This document shows positions 47,635 to 60,935 of a stretch of 64,000 bases of DNA, one piece after another. The DNA comes from Hemiscyllium ocellatum. Lineage: Eukaryota. The stretch is from contig NC_083412.1 of NCBI RefSeq assembly GCF_020745735.1, positions 58,432,320 through 58,496,319 of the forward strand. Direction: 5' to 3'. Under the pieces are notes generated by a model, which saw only the letters and a program-made list of their open reading frames with translations, did not search any database and was not told the origin of the DNA. Each line of letters begins with the position of its first letter. Within the stretch, counting starts at the first letter, position 1. The position numbers and the translations under genes were made by a program.

Positions 47635-49029
47635 GGGCGGAATTTTCCCATTTTCAGTTAAAGTATTTTGTTGAGTGAGAACCATAACACCTGGTCTGCC
47701 ATGGCCTGAAATGATTTTTCTCACTGACTCTTAGTCAACAATGCGTTATTCTGTCATAATTTTTTGGACAGCCTTCCATATCAATGTTTCATCATTATTC
47801 TTATCTTCATCCTCAGAAGATTGCTGTCACTGCTCCAACTCTCCTGCATCCAGTGCATTCTCCCTTTGTTGGCTTCAGTTTTGAGGCACTACAATGAGGT
47901 GGCACACCCTTTCTGGGTTATGATGCAAGGCCCTGCTGCAACGATCCAGGCATTAAAATCTCATCTTAAAGAGACCAATGGTCTGTTCCACAGTGACCCT
48001 CATGGAATTGTGAGCAGCATTATATCTTCATTCTGCACCAATCTGAGTGTTACACCATGTTTGGAGGGGGTAGCCCTTGTTTCCTGCGGCCATCCCTGTA
48101 TGGTCCAAGGAGCTTGGAAGGACACAGTAACCTGGGAGGTCTTTAGCATATAAAGTTTATGGCAGGACTCAGTATATCTGGAACATCTCCTTCTAAGTTT
48201 TGGCATCAATGGTCATGTATAAGTTGAATATTGATGGACTGGAAGCCTTTTCTGTTGTTGAACACTACAGGTCAGTGTCAAGGTGCTCCCAAAGCAATGT
48301 TGGTGCAATCCATTGTGCCCTGGACCCTCAGGGAAGCCAGCGATGATAGATAAATGCAATGCCAAGCTGCTTGACTCTCCTCATCATGGAGGAAGGATGG
48401 GAAGGTGGACAAAACGGTATAGTTTACATCACAGATACGGTTACGTGTGAAGAATTGGGAGATGCCATACATGTCCTCAATTGCTATTTGAAAACAGCTG
48501 TGGTCATAAAATCATGGAGTAATACAATATGGAGTCAGACACTTACCATTGGGATGGGATGGTCGCCTAATCCTTTTGAATGAATGAGCCTCTTGGCTGG
48601 AATTGGACCTAATTGGCACTTGATAAGACAGGTCTATCCCACACAGGGCTCTCACCAACACTCAAGCCGGTCTGATCCAGCATAGATTATTTGGGCCTGT
48701 GATGCTGCCCCACAGACATTGATCCTGTATTGGGTCTTAGAAAAGCTCCTGATGTCTGTTGCTTGGTTTCTGGAATATTGTAAAATGTGTGTTGGGGCTG
48801 TTTTTCTGGGCTCCTTGCCAGAGGGTGGATCCCATGTAGGAATTGCAGGGGTCTTGTCGATATTCCACACCCATTAGGGTAGGCAGCTCTCTTCCTCTCT
48901 CACCCAGCCTATTTCAGACTTACCTTGGCTTTGCGATATGAGAGGCAGTCTAAATGGTCAGCTCACAGTGCATCCAGCCTCTTAAAGGTACTGTGAGATC
49001 TCAATCTCTGCCTCTGTAAAATTCAGAAA
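47635..49029 (-). mobile_element. Degenerate Harbinger/PIF DNA transposon with DDE transposase remnant (47885-48340)
   Basis: Minus strand: VQGTMDCTNIA, FNNRKGFQSINIQ, NKGYP, RYNAAH..RVTVEQTIGLFKMRF; left end TAA|gggcggaattttcc; putative right TIR gtaaaattcag at 49016-49026. Confidence 0.75.
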
Positions 49030-52000
49030 AGTATTAAAGGATGTGGAAATCTTTGTGAAGTATACCTGAGTGTAAATTACAAATCCGACTGTCAGTTTGA
49101 GGTTAACGTGCACACTTCTCTACATTTTCACAACAAAACAATGTATAAAGAACTGACCTTTTGATATTCAAATGGAAACAAGAAGTGATTCTGTTTTCTG
49201 AAATGGAAATATGATTTCTGACGATGTTTCAAAAATCCCCAGAGCATAACAGAACGTTATTGACAAAAATAGCAGACACTACACAGTATGGGTCACCAGA
49301 ATGGAAGTAGACCTACACAGACATTGGGAAAGTGCAAAGAGGGCGTGGCACCCATCCTGAGCCAGTATTCATAACATATTCCAACAGGTGGATTAACGAT
49401 AATTAAAATGTATTATGATTTCCTCGTGTCTCAGTTGGTAAATGCACTTCTGGCACTGGCTGGAGTGTTGGTGAGAGCCCTGTGTAGGATAGACCTGTCT
49501 TATCAAGTACCAATTAGGTCCAATTCCAGTCAAGAGGCTCATTCACTCAAAAGGATTGGGCGACCATCCCATCTCAATGTTAAGTGTCTGACACCATGCT
49601 GTATAATTCCATGACTTTACTGCCTAGTTGTTTTCAGGTTTGATCCTTGGACTGTTAATTTATATCAAATGTAGTTGGATCAAAGTATTACGATGTCCCA
49701 GCGCCCCAAACATAGGAAAGGGACAAGGTTATGATTGACTACTGCTTTTCCGGGGACAATCCATAGCTCATTTGTTCCCCAGTCTGCTCCCTTCACACAG
49801 TGCCAGTGTAATAGCCAGACTATGTGACAAGTGGTCAAATTAAAACTAGTTGCTTTGTCACAGGAAGTGGTGTTAACAATTCAAGTCTGCGAAAGGTGTT
49901 ACAGAACGTAGTTATACTTTCAAACCTTGCATCCCTTCCCACAAGATGTTACCATGTTGTCTAGTGTGAGAGATGAAAACCACTGACTGGTCTGACTGGA
50001 AGTATCTCCTGTGGGCAATAAGATATAGTTTATTATGCGTTAACAAATGATTACAGCTTGCATTGGTCAGATAGTCATTGTTACCCAGAGCCTTTGAGGA
50101 AGTCAGGATGCTAGGACCCACTTTCATCTCCTCACAAGTCTGCATCATAGTGGGTGATGTTTATGGCATTCCTCAATATTAACCATTTCAAACCCATATA
50201 CAACAGCCTGTGCAGAACCGAAGCTCCAGCTGTTCTCAGGATGCTTTCTGGGCCCATTAACTCTGTTCTTGCCTTTTTTGTTTGCTGCAGCATTCATTTC
50301 AGTTTCCTTTTGGAGATTCCTCCTCGTGGCAACTTCACTTAATAATAGATCAGAGACATGAAGTTGGTACAGAGCATTGTTTATCACAGTAGGAACACCG
50401 TTAGACTTAAAGTCTAAGTTTGAGACCAGGTAAGCATCAAAGAACAAATTAGGCAGATGATTGAAGTTCATATGAGAACAGAATAAAATCCCAAAGTACC
50501 AGGAAATAGTGACAGTTTACAAAAAAGATTGTCAATGTAAATTCAGTTGCTGCCTGACAAAGAAACATACATTTCGAGAAACATCAGACCGAGGTGAAGA
50601 GAGAATGAGAGAGTTGACTATCTCTTCCACATCAGCCACCTTTAGCAGAATGTTTGTGTTTTGGCCTTCTAAAAAACAATTTTTGACACTAGATTGTGCA
50701 AGTTAGTGATCTGACCTCCTACTGTGTGAACTAGTGTATGGGGCATAGCTCTGAGAACAGTCATTTAAACACACCTGCACTGCAGAGAAAGGAGGTATCT
50801 CTCTTCCATCCAGTGGCCAGACACAACTGGCAACAAGAATCAGGACCAAAGAGTTTCAATCAATGTACAACTTCAAAAATTTGAAATTGGTTGTTTAACT
50901 ACAGGCATAAATGCTGAGTGGTAACATTTAATGCAACAATTACTATGATCAATTTTATACTGTTAATAAACAATTCAGATACTAATCTGTTTCTCTTTTC
51001 TTTCAGCTTTTTATCTCTTTGGACTCACCTCTTGTTCCTAAAATGTGTTACATTATGTTTTCTTCTTGCATTTGGTCAGTAATAAACTCTCAGTTTTGCT
51101 AATTTAAGAAAGCCTTCTTTTAAATCATAACATACACAAGGAAGGGGTCCTTTAAAGATTAATCTTTTTGTAAGTAAGTGAAGGTGGATTAGCAAGCAGA
51201 TCCAATGTACCCCTTCTCACCCAGGGGCTCAGCAGTTTGAACCATAATAAATTAAAGAACCCCATCGCGGGACTGTACAGAAGGAACCCGAAGACAGGGA
51301 TATAGAAACAGCATGAGCATGTTAGATTGGGACTACTGTTCATGTGGCAAAGAAATGTGGGCCAATTGACGTCTTGCAATGTTATAATTATGGGATATAT
51401 CGACACCACAGTGGCAAAAAAACAGGTTTTGGTGGTATTGAAACCAATGGTTTTATTTTTCTTTATATTAGATTGGAAAATTTTTGACTCATCTATTTCT
51501 TGATACCTCAAGCATTGAGGGCAGTATTGTATCACCAGCAGATATTTTGCCAGGAGATGATGAGTTGCCACGTTGCTAAGGAGGTGAGGGAGGTTGCTGA
51601 CTGATTCTTGGAGGGAGGGGTGGGGAGTTGGTATTGGTTACTCAACAAGTGAATGCACAGGGACAGGGATGTACAAACTTTAATCAGATCATAGGATGTG
51701 GTGGCAGGCTGGAGGATGTTAGCAGAATCTTCTATGAGGGAAGTAAATAAATTAGGTTAAGTATGTGAAAATTAGTGAAGCAGAGCTTATTGGTTGTAAA
51801 AGTCTTCATTCCAGACTTCATTAGGCAATTTTCAAGAGTATTGAAATTTCATTCAAGTTTTATGAAACAGTTGAATCCTCTCAATTAAATTAATGCATTG
51901 CCATTCACTTGCAACAAGAATTTAACGTATGGACCATGCAACATTTCAACATTATCACTGATTAAAACATTCTCATTTGTAAAAATGTATTCTGCAATTA

Positions 52001-53904
52001 CAATCATTTAGAATCCAGCTGCCATGATAAGAAGGTGACAGTAACTCAGAACTGAAAAGTTATGTTATTTATCTTTTATGCATCTGAAAGGTTTTGCACT
52101 AGTTTTAATCCCAGCATGATAGTTTCTGCAAATAGCACAACAGAGCAAACATCTAGTGTGGGCGTTCATTCCTGTTTCAGAAAGTATATGGAGCCAAACT
52201 TTCAAAACTAGCTCTCATTTACAACCTGGTCATGTGGGCGCATATATAAAAGGGCATTATTTTCAAAAGAATAACTGTGACTCTTCAAGTTCAGCTTGAA
52301 TGTCAATGTTCACTCATCCTTTTTGTCACATGTTTCAAAGAACTGCAACATATTTCTGCAGAAACGTTATGTAATAGATTTGTTTCTTTCCAGCTTCTTA
52401 TTAAAGATTACTCAAAACAGCGTTATCACATTCTGGGTTCTTATACAAAAGGTCAAAAACATAAATACGATCTGACATTTGTCCTTCCTTAGCAGATGCT
52501 GCCTGACCTTGCGCTATGTTTCCAGACTTCTAAATTGACTTCAAATTTCCAGCATTTATAATATTTTGCTTTTTAATTTCAGCTTAAAGCATGATCGTAA
52601 TTTTGGTATCTTTTACAAGTTGTAATATACAAGTGAAGTATTTCAGAACCAAAGACCTTGGGACCCAGTCTATTCTGGACTTTGGATTGAGCTGCTTTTT
52701 AGAGGCAAAAAGATAGTTGGCTTCAGTTTCATACTTTGCAACACATTTGCTTCAATGCAATCATTCCTTCCTTATAAGGGCTGTTTGATGCTCGATTTTG
52801 TAGGCTCCCCCTGTGTTTTTGCTTCTTTTCATTCTTAAGGTTGAAAAAGATAATCTCCATTTGTGGCCTGATTGACAATTTCACTTATTGTCATTCTCCT
52901 GAATTCTTCCCATAAAGCTGCAGATTGCTCCTTTCAACAAGTAGTCTAACTCCCTTTTTAGTACTTCAGTTGATCTTCCCTCCAGCATATCATCAGGCAG
53001 TTCATTCCAGAAATATTTAAGGGTGAGAGATTCTTTTGGACTCCTTGTTGATTTTCAAAATCACAAGGGGGCTGAGCAGAGTGGTTGAGGAGAAATTTTT
53101 CCCACTCGTAAAAAAGATTTAAAAACTTTAAATTATTTGCAAAAGAAACTGATATGATGTGCAAAAAGCTTTTTCACATGGGTACTTCAAATCTGGAATG
53201 CAATGTCTGGAAGTTGGCAGAGGCAGGTTTAATTGAAGCATTGAAGATGGCATTAGACAATTGTTTGATTCATTGTTCATAATTTTGGTGCCTTCTATCC
53301 GAATTATGTTATAATGTACAAGCGAAGTATCTCAAAACTTGTGACCTTGGGACCCAGTCTATCTAAATTTGTATTCTGTCATTTCACACAAGCAAGCTCA
53401 TGTGTTTGGGGACATGGCAAGAGATTAGCCCTGAGTTATAATGCTCATTTGTGGAGTTAATCCAGATATACTAGCATGAATAGCCTCCTTCTGCACCCAG
53501 AACCATCCTTTGATTCTGTCTCTTGGACAAGGGAATCTGTGACAGTAGTTTGAAAGAGACAAAATCTGTATCTGAATGAACAGCACCTCCTGGATTCTGT
53601 CTCGTTCATGCATGTAGGTGAGAGAGGGAATTGACCTCTCTCTAATTGGTTAACCACGATTGAACTTTTCCTGGTGTTTTGTGGGCTTTAGGAGGTGAAT
53701 TTGTCTGTACTGCAGAATTTTGTTCACACAGATCCAGACCCTTAACTCCATACTGCATGAAAAATCGTTTCCTCATGGTAGTATTGCTGCTTTGACTAAT
53801 TACTTAACTGTGCATTCTTCTTCCTGACCCTTTCAGGAGTGGGAACAGTTTCTCCATCTCTACCCTGTCCAGTTCCCATATGACTTTATCGGATTATGAT
53901 GACA

Positions 53905-55405
53905 TTGCCATTTTTTTGCCTGGATCCCACTGTCAGTGCACACACTCATGAACATCTGTGACCAGTTCAAACTGGTGTCAGGAGCCAAGGTAAATCAAGG
54001 CAAGAGCAAGGTCATATGCTTTGGGAAATAGGCCGACCAATCCTTTATCCCCTTCACCGTCAAGCCAGATTATCTGAAAGTGCTGGGAATATGGTTCAGA
54101 GGGGCCGGACATGCGCAAAATCTTGGGAGGAATGCCACAGTGAAGCAGAAACTGATCTTTTAGGGGCACCGCTCCCTCTCCATTGAGAGTAAAAACCTGG
54201 TCATCGGGTATGAGGTGCTCTCTCTGTTGTACTTGGTGCAGGTCTGACCCATCCCCGAAGCCGCATTGTTTCAGTCACTCAAGCCATCTTCCATTTCATC
54301 TGGAAGCCTATGATAGACTGTGTCTGCAGGGACTCCATGTACAAAAGGAGGAACGTACTCAATGTTGCCCTCAGCCTGATGGCCATCTTTGTGTGTGGCT
54401 GCATCAAACTGTGCACAGACCCTCGGTACTGAGGGTCACTATGTACTGAGGTTCTACCTGTCCCCAGTGTTGCGAAGGATTGGACTGGCCTCGCTGCTGT
54501 GGAACACTCCAAATAATTGAACTGCTTGTATCTCCTTGCCTTTGTCGAGAAATTTGCAAATAGAAGCACCTTTGACCACTAGTCTATCAGAAAGTGGTGA
54601 GCACATATTGTTCTCGAGACCCTGAGGGAAAAGGAGAGGGTGGATTCTGTCATGTGGTTCCCTGAGCAGACTGTCAAAGTCATTTGACAGAATACCTCAT
54701 CATTAAAGCTTTCTAACAAGCACCAAAACATCACTTGGCTGGTGGTGAGGACCTTTACATATGCCTGGTCAGTCTACACCACTGCACACTGCTCTCAAAG
54801 TGGCTGCGAGGGGATTGAGACTGTCACTCATCTTCTTCTGGAATGTATCATTGCAAAGGGAGTCTGGAGGAAGACACAGTGGTTTTTGTTGAGGTTCGCT
54901 CCGCACAGCTCCGTGACGCGGGACTCTGTGCTGTAAGTCAGTTCCCTGGGATGCACACCGAAACAAACATTAACTGTGCCTGGAGGATCATCATCTCGAT
55001 GAAAGACCTTCTTTGGTCTGGCTGAAACTTCTAGAACAAGGAATTGACCCCAACTGACTGATGAAGACTGGCACATTCCAAGGTCCACGACTACATGCTG
55101 CGGGACGCACTAAAGGCTGGGTAGCCTACAGTCAAGACTCAGCAGGGAGAGACCACTGTCTGAGGTCTTCCTGCTGAATGTAAATGGGGGTGTCTGTTCC
55201 GTTATTGGCTCCTCCTAGTGCCTCAAATATATGTACGTTAAGAGTATTGTATGTTTAATAGCCTTTGGGTTTTTTGCACAGAGTCAGGGTCCAATGTTTT
55301 GTTACTTGATATGCAACTGTCCAGTACTGAGCTGCTTTTGTGACAATGTATATATACAAAGAGATTTTTGTCATGAATAAAGTATATTTTTGAAATAAAA
55401 ACAAA
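53905..55405 (+). mobile_element. Tx1-like LINE 3' part
   Basis: gaacatctgtgaccagttc..gccaaggtaaatc; C-terminal ETVTHLLLEC..A..VW motif; AATAAA and A-rich tail. Confidence 0.85.
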
Positions 55406-55689
55406 AATTGTAAATCAACCCAATTGGGCTTATCAGTTATCCATGAGGAAATATCGTTTGAATGCAAACTGTTGTTGCTCTCCTCTTTTCACTAAGAGGC
55501 TTTTTACTGTGTCCACATAGTCTATTTCCTATCATTTGCAGAAGTTAGAAAACACTAGGATGTTAAGACAGTAGAATCCTATTTGGTAGTTCCTCTACTT
55601 CTCTCAAGTTTAACTGCAAATAGGTTCCTAGGGGAGAATTTAAAGGAAAGTTAACCACCTCACCCACTGAGCAATTGGGTTAGAAATGG

Positions 55690-56160
55690 TCCTCACTGGC
55701 TGCTCTTCAACCAATTTTATTTTTTAGTTTATCCACCCTTGAGCTGCTCCTTGAAACGCTGCAATCCATGTGCTGTTGATTGACCCACAATGCCCTTAGG
55801 GAGGGAATTCCCTTTTGAATGTCAAGTGGCAATGGTTAGATTGTCCCTTATTGGTGATGGTTATAGCTGGGCTTCGGTGTTGTGAGAATGTTACTTGCCA
55901 CTTGTCAGCACAAGCCAAGATATTGTCCAGGCCTTGCTGTATTTCAACATGGACTGTTTCAGTATCTGAGGAGTTGTGAATGGTGCTAAACATTGTGCAA
56001 TCATCAGTAAACATCTCCACTTCTGACCTCATGATGGAGGGAAGGCTATTAATGAAGAAACTGAAGATGGGTGGGCTGAGGACACTACTATGAGCAACTC
56101 TTGCAGTGGTGTCCTGGAGCCGAGATGACTGACCTCCAACAATCACAATCATTACTACCA
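55690..56160 (-). mobile_element. CR1/L2-group LINE fragment
   Basis: IMRSEVEMFTDDCTMF, ADKWQVTF. Confidence 0.8.
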
Positions 56161-56269
56161 AGTAATGTCTAAGTAATCAATAATTGGTGCAGTTGGAAGA
56201 TTAGCTGGATAATTTTGTAAATTTCCTTTTTATATTTTGTCTTTATTTTCCGATTAATTGTCTCTATTC

Positions 56270-56790
56270 CACACATTTTATCCTCTCTGCTTGCTTTCCT
56301 GGCTCTGATCTCCTTTCCCTCTCTTTCATGTATCTGATCCCCCTTTCCTCTCTGTAATTCCCTGTGTTTACTCTTCTCTGATCCACTCACACTCGCATTC
56401 TCTCTTTCCCTGTCCCATCCTCTTTCTCTCTCTCTTTTCTCTTTCTTCTTCTCTCTCTGTGTTTTTCAGTCTCTAATTCTCTCTTTCCCTCTCTGTATCC
56501 TTTTCTCTGATCCCCTCTCTCTCTTTGTTTCCCTGTCTCTATCCCATTCCCCGATTCTCTATTTACCTTTCTCTAATTCTCTGTCTCCATTTTCCTTTCT
56601 CTGATTCCCTTTGCTTTTCTCTCTCTCTCTCCTGTTTCCCTCTCTCTAATCCCCTCCCTCTCTATTTCCCTGTCTTTGATCATCTCACTCTCTCATTCTC
56701 CCTACTTCCCAGTCTCTGAACTTGTCTTTTTCTGTTTCGCTTTCCCTCTGTCTGTTCCCCCCTCTCTCTGTTTCCCTGCCTCAGCTTTAT
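56270..56790. repeat. CT-rich polypyrimidine low-complexity tract
   Basis: About 500 nt almost entirely C/T on the + strand. Confidence 0.9.
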
Positions 56791-57949
56791 GAAAATGGTT
56801 AGATTTCACCTGCTGTTGAAACCAAATCCCTGTGACTGAGCGTTTTTGACAAGAGAGCTATGAGCTTGCAGCCCCAGGTGGTCTGGGACACTGAAGTGGC
56901 ACTAATTTCCATTCCTTCTTCATTCACAGCTGTCAACTTCAGTCTCTGGAGAGCAGCTGCTGTTCTCTCCCCCTTCCTGACTGTGCTCTGCTCTCTACTC
57001 TAATGAGGAGAAAGAGAGCAAAATGGTAATTCTGCAGTGATTATGAAAGGGACTGTCAGGAATGAAGATGAGTGAAATGAGAATGAGGAAAGGAAGGCAG
57101 GGGAAGAAGTATATGGAAAGAAAGCATGGGTGCCATGTGATGGACTCAACTTGACGAGAAAGCAACATGTCATTTCAGGGTGAAGTGTACAATATACAGC
57201 TACTCACCTTTCCTGGGAGAAGGAGAGGACTGCAGATGCTGGAGCTCAGACTTGCCTTTCTTGACCTGCAAGTCATGAAGACACCTCCAGCACTGAAGCT
57301 GGTATCATGGTACAATGTTTCCTCGGGCTGGTCTTCTTGACAATGTTCAGCCAGGCCTTCTCTCATGCAGTAGACAGTAGGCTGTATCCAACCCCATGCT
57401 TCAGCAACTAGTACATAAAACAATGCAGCCTTTCATCAAGACACAGCCACTGATAGTCCAAAAGGATGAGACTTCTTTCACTCTTAGTTCAAATCACTTA
57501 TTTGTCCAAATTTCATTTTTAGATGGCCCTTTACACAGTTGAGATTACATCATGTGGGACAACATCATAATAAATTGAAACCAAATCCACAAGTGATAAA
57601 AGCAAAATACTGCAGATGCTGGAGATCTGAAACTAACACCAAGAATGCTGGAGAAACTCAGCAGGTCTGGAAGCATCTGGGAAAAGAGAAAAAGAACTCA
57701 CGGTTCACACCTGGTAGGACTTTTCAGAATGGAAGAGATTGGAAAATTAAGTTTTAATGCTCTAGACAGAGGGGGAAAGGGGTGCAGCTAGTACAAGTTT
57801 AAGAGCATTCAGAGTCAAATACAAAGGCATCGCTAATGGTGGCAAAAGAAAGATAGGGAGATGTAAAAAGCATGTGAATGAAGATGCAAAGAGCAGAAAA
57901 TGAGGCTACTCTTTAAATGCAGAGTCAATCAAACCCATTCAAGACATGA

Positions 57950-58434
57950 CTTGTGTCTGTGTGTGTACATGTGAGTGATCGTGTTCGTGTGTAAGCATGT
58001 GTGTATGTGTGCGTATATACATACCCTTGTGTATATATGTGTGTATGCGTTTATGCTGTGTGTATATATGTTTATGTGCATGTGTGTGTATGTTCATGTG
58101 TAGGTGTGTATATATATGTGTATGTGTCCATGTGTATGTATATGTTCATGTGTATGTGTGTCTATATATGTGCGTGTGTACATGCGTATGTGTGTCTATG
58201 TTGTGTGTGTATGTGTCTGTTATGTATATGTAATATACGTTCATGTACATATATAACGTGTGAAGTGTGTGTATGTTTGTGTGCATTTATATATACATGT
58301 GTATGTGTGTGTATGTGTCTATGTGTGTATATATATGTTCATGGAATTTTATGTGTATGTGATGTGTGTGTATATATGTTCATGCGTATATGTGTGTGCA
58401 AATATGTGTACTGTCTATGTTGTATGTGACTGGG

Positions 58435-58471
<37 letters not shown>

Positions 58472-58495
58472 TATGTGTCTGTCTGTGTGCGTGTA
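57950..58495. repeat. Long degenerate (GT/AT)n microsatellite
   Basis: Directly visible. Confidence 0.95.
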
Positions 58496-59046
58496 AGGGA
58501 ATGTTTGGTTGCAGTTAAAGGATGTAAGAAAACTTGAGGGTACAGAGGTCACACTCTGGAGTTGTTGAGCTCAATATTGAATCCTTGGGGCTGTAAAGTG
58601 CCAAAGTGGAAAATAAGATGCTGTCCCTTGAGCTTGCATTGTGCTTGATTGGAACACTGCAGCAAGCAAGCCCAGGGTGGATAATATCAGCATGAGAACT
58701 CAATGGTTTATTGAAATGACAAGCAAGTGGGAGATCAGAGCTGTTTTTCCAGTCAGAGCAGAGGTGTTCTGTGAAGCAGTCACCCAGTCTGGATTTAGTC
58801 TTGCCAATATAGGGAGGCTGCATTGTGAGCAGTGAATACAGTAAGTTAGACTGAAAGAAATAAAATGAAATGCTGCTTCAACTGACTAGTGGGTTTGGAC
58901 AATGGGGAGTTAAAAGGGTAAGTGATACACCTTTTCAACTGTATGGGGAAGTGAAGGAACATTCGGAATAATGAAAGAGTGGACCAGTGAAGATATTTTG
59001 GCTAGTGATTCCTTGCTGGATGTGGAAGAAATGGGAATGGATAATC

Positions 59047-60935
59047 TTTTTTTAAATATAGTTTATTGAAAAATAGGTTTTTAAAATTTACAACAAATAC
59101 AAAACAATACAATTTAAAACAATACAATGAAAGAATGCCAAAAAAAGTAAAAAAAAACAACCTGCCCTCATGTACAAATATATGAATATATGTAGAAAAA
59201 TATATGTTAAAAAACCCAACTAACTACTTAACTAAATAAATAAAAACCAACAACAAACTAATAAATAGTAATAACTCAGCTCAGCCAAACAAAACACACA
59301 TACGTTTGCAGTTATTCCTCTCTGGATACTGAACTCATAAAACACAACAGCAATATAAAAGCTTTTATTAATGTAGCAGATAAATCTGTGTCTAGGTATT
59401 CCAAAAAGTGCCACTATGTCTTATAAAAATTCTCAGTCTTGTGGTGTACCATACTTGTAAGAAAATCTAAGGGGATATGCTACACAACAAACTTACACCA
59501 ACCCGACAGGCCAGGGGGTTTTCGGATACCCAACCTAACAAGATATTCTTTTTTGTGCAGAAAGTGAGAATATTAGGAAGTTTTTTTCTTTTGTGCATCT
59601 GCAGGGGACACACTGGGCATGCCAAGCAGAAGAGAGATTGTGTCCATCTCCACCCTTACACCCAAACTCCTCTCCATTGCACCCACCACAGCACTCCAGT
59701 GTGTTTGAAGTCTACCACAGGACCATAGACAATGGGTGCCCGTGCAAACCTTGCACTTAGGACATATTGAAGATGCCCCTGGTTTAGATTTTGATAAACG
59801 ATCTGGAGTCAAGTGGACCTTGTGGAGAATCTTCAACTGTAAAGCGGGGTTCCTATTGCAAGATATCTTTCTTGTGTTTTCCCAAATATCAAATTTCTCA
59901 ATGCCTAGCTCTCTCCCACACTCTGCAGAGTCGATCAAACTCATCTGAGGCCACGCCCCCCAATAAATGATATTAAGTGCTGACAGAACATGTACTCTTA
60001 GCACTGAGCACCCTCTTCTCTATGTCAGATTTGTAGGGATCAGTCAAAAGTGTTGTCTTTTTTGAATAAAATCCCTTAACTTGAAAAAAACTAAAGAGGT
60101 CCCTGTTAAATAGTTCATATTTCTGTGCTAATTGATCATCATTGTGTCCCTCAAATAAATCACCCATGCAAGACACACCTCTAGCTTCCCAATTTTTGAA
60201 TCCTGAATCTATCACTCCTTGTTGAAAGCCCAGCATACTCACTACAGGTGTAAGAGAAGATGATTTGCCAATATTGCCTTCCCTCAGTTGAATTGCCCTC
60301 CATGCTTTAACAGCATTGATAACTATTGGGTTATGGCAATATTCCATAACTGTCCTCATGTTGTCCAAAAACAGCAAGCTAGTAAGGGGGCACCTGCCTG
60401 AGAGATTTCAATATCTAACCATATTGAAAGGGGGTCCCCACAAGCCCAATCACTCACGTAAGATAAAAGCGAGCTGAGCTGATAGTTTTTAATGTCTGAC
60501 AGATCCACTCGCCCTAATCTGTGAGGCAATTGCAGTTTAGCTAATTTAATGAGGGGCCAGGGTAAAAGAGCTGAACCAGCCGTTCAGTCTCCTGAACGTT
60601 TGCTTATCAAAAATCAGGGGAAGCATCCCTATAGGGTATAACAAACAGGGGAAAATATGCATCTTAATAAGCACTATCTGACCCAACCACGAGACCGGAT
60701 GCGTCTCCCATCTTTGCACGTCTTGTTTGATTTTGTCAAATAATTGAACAAAATTAGCTTTGAACAACTGATGCAGAACTGGAGGAATGAATACACCAAA
60801 ATACAGCCCCCTCCCCCCACCCCCCCCCCCCCCCCTCCCCGTGACCACTTAAATGGGAATCCATATTTCCCCTCAAGACCTAGCAGCTTTGTAAGACCAT
60901 CCATAGGCACAGCCTCTGATTTTGCAAGTTAATCT
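59047..60935 (-). mobile_element. 5'-truncated L1-clade LINE (ORF2 C-terminus, poly-A end at about 59047)
   Basis: KIKQDVQRWETHPVSWLGQIVLIKM, LQLKILHKVHLTP..CPKC..THCLWSC. Confidence 0.88.

Noticed and set aside
51274-51370. WDYC kringle-like motif on the + strand
   Set aside because: Short frame bounded by stops, lacking other kringle cysteines and splice sites
57997-58496. Cys/Val/Tyr-rich ORFs (also His/Thr-rich ORFs near 1252-1639 and 42456-43171)
   Set aside because: Translations of (GT)n/(CA)n microsatellites
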